Source of the DNA: a virus
Lineage: Duplodnaviria; Caudoviricetes
Strand: one strand, 5' to 3'
Length of the DNA: 54,529 nt
IMG/VR virus record: IMGVR_UViG_3300009488_000022
Span: 1-54,529 of that record
This document shows, piece by piece, positions 49,189 to 54,529 of the stretch. The notes under the pieces were generated by a model that saw nothing but the letters and a program-made list of their open reading frames with translations, ran no database searches and was not told where the DNA came from. Every line of letters starts with the position of its first letter. The stretch's first letter is position 1. Both the position numbers and the translations under genes were made by a program.

Positions 49189-49421
49189 TGCCTGTTTCCT
49201 GAAATACAAAGCGCCCTTTTCGGTGTTGCTGGCTGATGGCAGTCCCCAGTTTGGGAATCTCAACCAGCAGCACCGAAAAAGGCGCCTGTTGCCTACAAGT
49301 TGAATTGGCCTGCCAAAGCCATTGAGTTTTTAAGTGCCCCGACCGTCGCCGGGGCGGGTTCTATATGCCTTGGCCGTCACCAGGGCGGGCGGGCAGGTGA
49401 GCATGCTTCCTACCCACAATA

Positions 49422-49500
49422 ATTATACTACAGGTGGAGCAATTTGTCAATAGCCAGTTGTCAGGGATACTTGACAGATGGGCCTATTCTGTGGTATACT
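49422..49500. promoter_or_regulatory. Divergent promoter pair separating early (-) and late (+) arms
   Basis: Minus TTGACA-17-TATAAT (49450-49422); plus TTGACA-18-TATACT (49471-49500). Confidence 0.85.
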
Positions 49501-49778
49501 GTAGCATGATATGGGCGAAGAAGACCGTCTCAATGGTTATTATTGTCACCAATGCAAGAGTGATGTCGAGTGCCATCTCTGTACGTGGGTCGAGAGTGTC
49601 GTGTCACTCGTACCACCTCATCGTATTTTAATCAGAGTTGAGGCGCGATGCATTGACTGTGATATGCCATTAGCGAGCGGTGAAAGGGTAGTTGAACTGC
49701 ATTAGTATAGATAAGTGCACGTCCGCCGGCGGGTGCCAAGCAACCCTGGCGGTAAACTCAAATTCAAGGAGGCTCAAA

Positions 49779-50054
49779 ATGAACGCAGGGTTACTCGCAA
49801 TGGCAGCGTTTCTGGCAACCGTCACCAACCGGCTGATCGAGGGACTCGTCAAGCCGGTTTTCGCTAAGTATGACTGGGACAAGTTCTGGCTCATGTACAT
49901 CGCCTGGTTCGTCGGCGCGGCGCTGGTGTTCGCCGCTGGTATTGACCTGTTCCCCGGCGTCTTCACTTCCCCGGTCGTCGGGCAGATACTGACGGCGCTG
50001 GTGGCGGGTGGTGGGGCGAACTTGCTGAACGATCTATTTGATGGGTTCAAGTAA
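49779..50054 (+). CDS. Holin-like membrane protein
   Basis: AAGGAGG RBS; about 3 TM segments; GGGANLLNDL motif. Confidence 0.65.
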   Translation: MNAGLLAMAAFLATVTNRLIEGLVKPVFAKYDWDKFWLMYIAWFVGAALVFAAGIDLFPGVFTSPVVGQILTALVAGGGANLLNDLFDGFK

Positions 50055-50261
50055 GCGCGGGCTTTCTTTCCCTTCTTGCCCGCACACATCAGCGGCTGTC
50101 CAGCACCTGCCACGAGTACTCGCAGTGGACAGCCGCGAGCGGTGGCCGGGGGCGCATGTAAGCCGGTTACTCCTTTACGCATTGCGTCCCCGGCTTGGGG
50201 TAGATTATAGCTGACATCCGTAACCGTATGGATCAAACATAAATCCCATGAGGAGCAACGA

Positions 50262-51320
50262 ATGAAACACAAGATCAAATCTGCCCTTCCCTGGATCATC
50301 ACCGCCCTGGTCATCGCTACCACCTTCATCCCCCCGCTTCGTGCCCAAGTGCAAACCTTTACTTTGTATCCAGGTGACAGCCTCACTTTCGACGTGGTCT
50401 GTCGCCAAGCGCCTACGGATACTCCTACGTCAACCCCTGAGCCGACCCTCACCGCTACGCCTACCAGTACGCTAGAGCCTACCGCTACGCCAACGGCAAC
50501 GCCAGAGTCTCCAACCGCGACGCCAGAGCCAACGGCTACACCTACGGCTACACCTATAGCGACGCCGACACCTGAGCCGACTGTCACGCCTGAGCCAACT
50601 TTTACACCTACGCCCGGCGCGGGCAAGCCGTTCGGCCCCTTCGATTGGCTGCCGCGCTTGGGAGGCGATTGGCCTTTTACGCTCACACGCCTGAACCACA
50701 ATCCAGACTATCTCACCGAAGCTAGAGATCACGGCCTGCTTGCCTTCGTCGCCGCTACCGGCAGCCACAGCAACTACACCAACGCCAACGGTGACTTCGA
50801 CCTGGACGCCTGGATGAACGTCCTGCAAATCTATGCCCCCGCCCTACAGGAATTCGTAGATGATGGCACTATCGTCGGCTTGTATGCCTGTGATGAACCA
50901 CACGATGGCTGGCCCGACGGTCAAGGCCCGACCTTTGCCGAACTCGACGCCATGTGTGAGTATGCTCACGAGGTACTACCTGGTGTCGCCTGTGGGTTCA
51001 ATACGCCGCCCGCCTGGCTCGCGCAGGGTACGTATGACCACATAGACTATCTGTTTACGCAGTCCAATTTCGCGCGTACAGAAGACTGGACGGCTTGGGC
51101 GGCAGAGCAGTTCACCCTCGCCGATTGGTTTGACGGGCCGCTGTACCTGTCCATCAACGTAGTCAGTTATGATCCGACGGCTGCGCAAATTCAAGGCGCT
51201 GGCATTGCCTTATGCGAATCGCAAGCCGCCGGTGTAATGATGTGGAAATACGGCGACGCCTTTGACCAACCCGGTATGCCCGAAGCAATGAACGCTATCG
51301 CTGCTGCCTGTGCTGAGTAA
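50262..51320 (+). CDS. Secreted protein with Pro/Thr linker and glycoside-hydrolase-like domain
   Basis: Signal peptide; (PTAT/PEPT)n; IVGLYACDEP and GVMMWKY TIM-barrel-like motifs. Confidence 0.6.
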   Translation: MKHKIKSALPWIITALVIATTFIPPLRAQVQTFTLYPGDSLTFDVVCRQAPTDTPTSTPEPTLTATPTSTLEPTATPTATPESPTATPEPTATPTATPIATPTPEPTVTPEPTFTPTPGAGKPFGPFDWLPRLGGDWPFTLTRLNHNPDYLTEARDHGLLAFVAATGSHSNYTNANGDFDLDAWMNVLQIYAPALQEFVDDGTIVGLYACDEPHDGWPDGQGPTFAELDAMCEYAHEVLPGVACGFNTPPAWLAQGTYDHIDYLFTQSNFARTEDWTAWAAEQFTLADWFDGPLYLSINVVSYDPTAAQIQGAGIALCESQAAGVMMWKYGDAFDQPGMPEAMNAIAAACAE

Positions 51321-51328
51321 CACAAATT

Positions 51329-52057
51329 ATGGCTATCGCATTTGACGCCGTAACAGAAGACCCCAGTTCGTCAGCGAGGGAGAGCGCAACCTTCGCGCAT
51401 ACGTGCACGGGTAGTGACCGCTATCTGTTGGTCTTTGCCATCGCCGGGGACACCGGCGACGAGAACGACGTGACGAGCATAACCTATAACGGCGTCAACC
51501 TGGTGGAACTGGCTACGGATGGCGGAGCCATGACAGGCGGCTTCATCCACGGCGAGGTGTGGGGCCTGGCAGCACCCGCTACGGGATCAAACAATGTCGT
51601 AGTTACGTATAGTGAGAGCGTACCGCTCGACATCTGCGTCGCCATCTCATACACTGGAGTTGCGCAGGCCGGCTCGACAGGCGGCACGGGGACGGCGACA
51701 GGGGCCAGCGATAATCCCAGTGTATCTGTCACGTCCACGGCAACCGACTCGCTCATCGTGGCCGGGTGCGCGGTAGAGGGTGGGGATGCAGATCCCTTCA
51801 CGCCTGGGGCCAACACAACCGAGCGATGGGACGGAGCCACTGGGGGCAGCACGACCACAGACATAAGTTACTGCGGCGGCGATGAAGTCGCCGCAACGAT
51901 TCAAGCATACACCGTTGATTTTACTGCCGCCGTCTCAGATGATTGGGTCATCGTAGCGGTCGAGCTACTACAAGTCACTGTCGCTGGCCAGCCTACTAAC
52001 CTTCGCGCCACCACTATACCGGGTATGCGCCAATGGCACCCAAGAATAGGACCATGA
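51329..52057 (+). CDS. Putative virion beta-sandwich protein
   Basis: MAIAFDA..., HTCTGSDRYLLV, ITYNGV, SYTGV pattern of phage structural domains. Confidence 0.6.
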   Translation: MAIAFDAVTEDPSSSARESATFAHTCTGSDRYLLVFAIAGDTGDENDVTSITYNGVNLVELATDGGAMTGGFIHGEVWGLAAPATGSNNVVVTYSESVPLDICVAISYTGVAQAGSTGGTGTATGASDNPSVSVTSTATDSLIVAGCAVEGGDADPFTPGANTTERWDGATGGSTTTDISYCGGDEVAATIQAYTVDFTAAVSDDWVIVAVELLQVTVAGQPTNLRATTIPGMRQWHPRIGP

Positions 52058-53058
52058 CTTTGAGAGTAGCACACATAGTAGTCGTTACACCTCACCAAGC
52101 CGGCATCTACGAGACTACACGAGATCTCGCAGCAGCCGAGCGCCGCGCGGGAGTGGATGCACGCATTATAGACCCCATCAAGGAAATCGTTACCGTTGAC
52201 CGGGGCGTCCCAGTAGTTGCGCCCGCGTTTGCCAAGACAGCCCATGTCATCGTCAACCATAGCGGCCTCAGCAAAGACCTTGACAAGACCCAGTTACCCA
52301 TAATCCACATGCTTCACGGCCGGCCACTCAGCAGCTTCTTGTTGGGCCAATCTGGTCAAATCCCAATCTATACCTACCTAGCCCGCATTCGCCACGACCC
52401 GCGTTTCAAGCTGTTCGTTACATTCTGGTCTGAGTTCCTCCCCTACTGGGCCATGCTTCTCCCCTCCGATAAACTACGAGCCATACCAGCTCCCGTTGAC
52501 CTGAACCTCTGGTCTCCAGACGGTCCATCCCACTATGATTTCCATGGTCACTCAGGCACCACTAACATCGTTTGCGCCGATATGTGGCGCAATGACATAA
52601 CGCCATACCACCCAATCCACGCCTTCACCCTCTTCGCTTCCCGCGTTCCAGGGGCCAGGCTTCACATCTACGGCGCGCCACAAAAAGGCACCGCCTGGCA
52701 AACACTCAAAGCCGCGCTCAGTGAACGTGACATTCTTGGGGAAGTTCCTAACGGCATTGTTCGTGGCCTCGCCAATGTCTATCGCGCTGCCAGCGCCGTC
52801 ATCACTCCACACAGAATCGCCACGCGCAGCGTAAGGGAACCCCTCGCCTGCGGCTGTAACGTCGTCATGGCCCCCGGCAATCCTTATACTCCATTCCAAG
52901 CCGATCCCCAAGACCTGGAGGCCTACGCTGCTCAAATTCAGCACGCCGTTTCCCACACAGCCCAAAATAGAAAGGCCGCTGAACTTTATTTTGACAGCAA
53001 CTCCACCGCCAAACAATTCATAGCCCTGCTCCATGAGGTGACAAATGGCAACCGGTGA
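52054..53058 (+). CDS. Glycosyltransferase (GT-B/GT4-like)
   Basis: HIVVVTP..AGIY, IPAPVDL, RLHIYG, VYRAASAVI, REPLACGCNVV. Confidence 0.78.
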   Translation: MTLRVAHIVVVTPHQAGIYETTRDLAAAERRAGVDARIIDPIKEIVTVDRGVPVVAPAFAKTAHVIVNHSGLSKDLDKTQLPIIHMLHGRPLSSFLLGQSGQIPIYTYLARIRHDPRFKLFVTFWSEFLPYWAMLLPSDKLRAIPAPVDLNLWSPDGPSHYDFHGHSGTTNIVCADMWRNDITPYHPIHAFTLFASRVPGARLHIYGAPQKGTAWQTLKAALSERDILGEVPNGIVRGLANVYRAASAVITPHRIATRSVREPLACGCNVVMAPGNPYTPFQADPQDLEAYAAQIQHAVSHTAQNRKAAELYFDSNSTAKQFIALLHEVTNGNR

Positions 53059-54529
53059 CGCCCGACCCATTCCCCAGAAAAACGCCGCCTACCGCATAAC
53101 TATCCCCATCTTCGACGCCGATGGCGATCTGGTCTCTGGCGCTTCCAACCTTGACAGTGAAGTAAGCAAAGATGGGGGCAACTTCACCGATTGCACCAAT
53201 GAAGCTACAGAAATCCAAAGTACCGGCATATACTACCTCGATCTCACTGACTCAGAGATGAATGCTGACACTGTAGCCGGCATCGTCAAAACCGACACGG
53301 TCGGGGCCAAGACCACGCCCTTCGTACTGTATCCAGTTGCAGGCGGCATTAAGGAAATCTACTCCGACACTACCGCTATCGAGAGTGAACTAATCCTCGT
53401 TCACTCCGAAACAACGATCATTGCCTCAGATGTCATTCTAATCTACTCCGATACCACCCATATCGACAGCGACGTCACAGCCCTTGAAACCGCAGTCTCC
53501 GATGTAGAGTCTAGCCTTGTCATAGCAAAGTCCGATCTAGTTCTCATCTACTCTGACACTACTCATATTGACAGTGACGTAACCGCTCTTGAAAGTGCTG
53601 TTTCCGATGTAGAGTCGAGCTTGGTCATCATCAAGAGCGACCTGGTAGTCGTAGAGTCAGACACCGCCGCAATTGAGACTGATACTGGTAAAATCTACTC
53701 CGATACTACCATTATCTACTCTGATACTACCGCTATTCATTCCGAGACGACCGTCATCCAGAGCGATACCGTTCACATTGAAAGTGACGCAACCGCCATT
53801 GAGTCTGAGTTGATCTTAGTACATAGCGAGACAACCATCATTGCCTCGGATGTTATTCTTATCTACTCAGATACTACAATTATCTATTCCGACACTACCT
53901 CCATCCACAGCGACACCACGGTCATTGCGTCTGACGTGATTGTCATCGATGCAGCGGTCTCTGACGTAGAGTCAAGCCTCGTCATCGCCAAGTCCGACCT
54001 CGTGCTCATCTACTCTGATACGACCCATATTGATAGCGATGTCATCGTAATAGACGGCAAGATTGACACCATTGACAACTTCTTAGACACGGAGATAGCA
54101 GTAATTTTAGCTGGAACCATCTTGCTTGCCACAACGATTGAAACCGCCAACAGAAACACGACGAACTGCCAAATGGCATCGGGCAGCGTCGAAGATGACG
54201 CCTATATCGGGATGCAAGTTATTTTGATCGGCGATGCAGGAAGCGGCTATGTCTCGCGGACCATTACCGACTATGCCAATACTGACAACGTCGTCACCTG
54301 GTCTCCTGCAATCGCACAAGCCCCCGTCGACAGTGGCAATATCTACATCGTCCCCGGTGACACTAAAATTAACGTCACCGCTGATACCATTCTCAGTGAT
54401 GCCGCAGCCATCGAGAGTGAGTTGATCCTGGTACACTCTGAGACGACCATCGTTGCCTCAGACGTCATCCTGATCTACTCCGATACTACAATTATCTATT
54501 CTGATACCACCTCCATCCACTCCGAGACA
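53045..54529 (+). CDS. N-terminal part of heptad-repeat fibre protein (runs off window end; missing from ORF track)
   Basis: GAGG RBS, ATG at 53045, 495 open codons: Ig-like N-terminus, then IYSDTTI/IHSETTV/IESELIL heptads. Confidence 0.85.
   Translation, partial: MATGDARPIPQKNAAYRITIPIFDADGDLVSGASNLDSEVSKDGGNFTDCTNEATEIQSTGIYYLDLTDSEMNADTVAGIVKTDTVGAKTTPFVLYPVAGGIKEIYSDTTAIESELILVHSETTIIASDVILIYSDTTHIDSDVTALETAVSDVESSLVIAKSDLVLIYSDTTHIDSDVTALESAVSDVESSLVIIKSDLVVVESDTAAIETDTGKIYSDTTIIYSDTTAIHSETTVIQSDTVHIESDATAIESELILVHSETTIIASDVILIYSDTTIIYSDTTSIHSDTTVIASDVIVIDAAVSDVESSLVIAKSDLVLIYSDTTHIDSDVIVIDGKIDTIDNFLDTEIAVILAGTILLATTIETANRNTTNCQMASGSVEDDAYIGMQVILIGDAGSGYVSRTITDYANTDNVVTWSPAIAQAPVDSGNIYIVPGDTKINVTADTILSDAAAIESELILVHSETTIVASDVILIYSDTTIIYSDTTSIHSET

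Larger units (their letters stand above)
40068..50128. repeat. Dispersed palindrome family, consensus CYRCYRCGAGTACTCGCRGYRG
   Basis: Copies at about 40068, 40402, 40597-40675 (half-site array), 41455, 45750, 47361 and 50106; degenerate copy at 43998. Confidence 0.85.

Noticed and set aside
40068-50128. CRISPR array
   Set aside because: Repeats are scattered over kilobases with irregular spacing; no cas genes.
53345-54529. Diversity-generating retroelement (TR/VR) from duplicated sequence at both window ends
   Set aside because: Differences are synonymous rather than adenine-specific, and no reverse transcriptase is present; these are intragenic protein repeats.
1-54529. Genome-wide stop-codon reassignment
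   Set aside because: TGA, TAG and TAA all end well-formed genes with normal overlaps; only 4959-4961 looks read through.

Overview
This window is a near-complete, circularly permuted genome of a tailed dsDNA siphophage. Both ends lie inside the same repetitive heptad-repeat fibre gene. The + strand (about 49.5 kb to the end, then 1 to 26.8 kb) carries virion accessory, packaging, head, tail and lysis genes. The - strand (26.8-49.4 kb) carries DNA modification, replication and many small early genes, and back-to-back sigma70 promoters at 49.42-49.50 kb separate the two arms. No integrase or clear CI repressor was recognised. Protein motifs (C-terminal 'YRVFLPVV', PTATPT linkers) suggest a Chloroflexota host (inference). 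The most striking feature is a self-contained unit at 34,974-36,020: consensus promoter, a 245-aa uncharacterised helical protein, a circularly permuted tRNA-mimic RNA (YrlA/Y-RNA-like topology, no Ro gene present), then a terminator. Other highlights are an in-frame TGA at a Cys-expected position followed by a SECIS-like hairpin in the gpF-like minor head gene, a dispersed 22-bp GAGTACTC-centred palindrome family, three attenuator-like leaders of shared design, and a methyltransferase with four SPP(Y/F/W) repeats. All family assignments are by motif recognition only; no searches were run.
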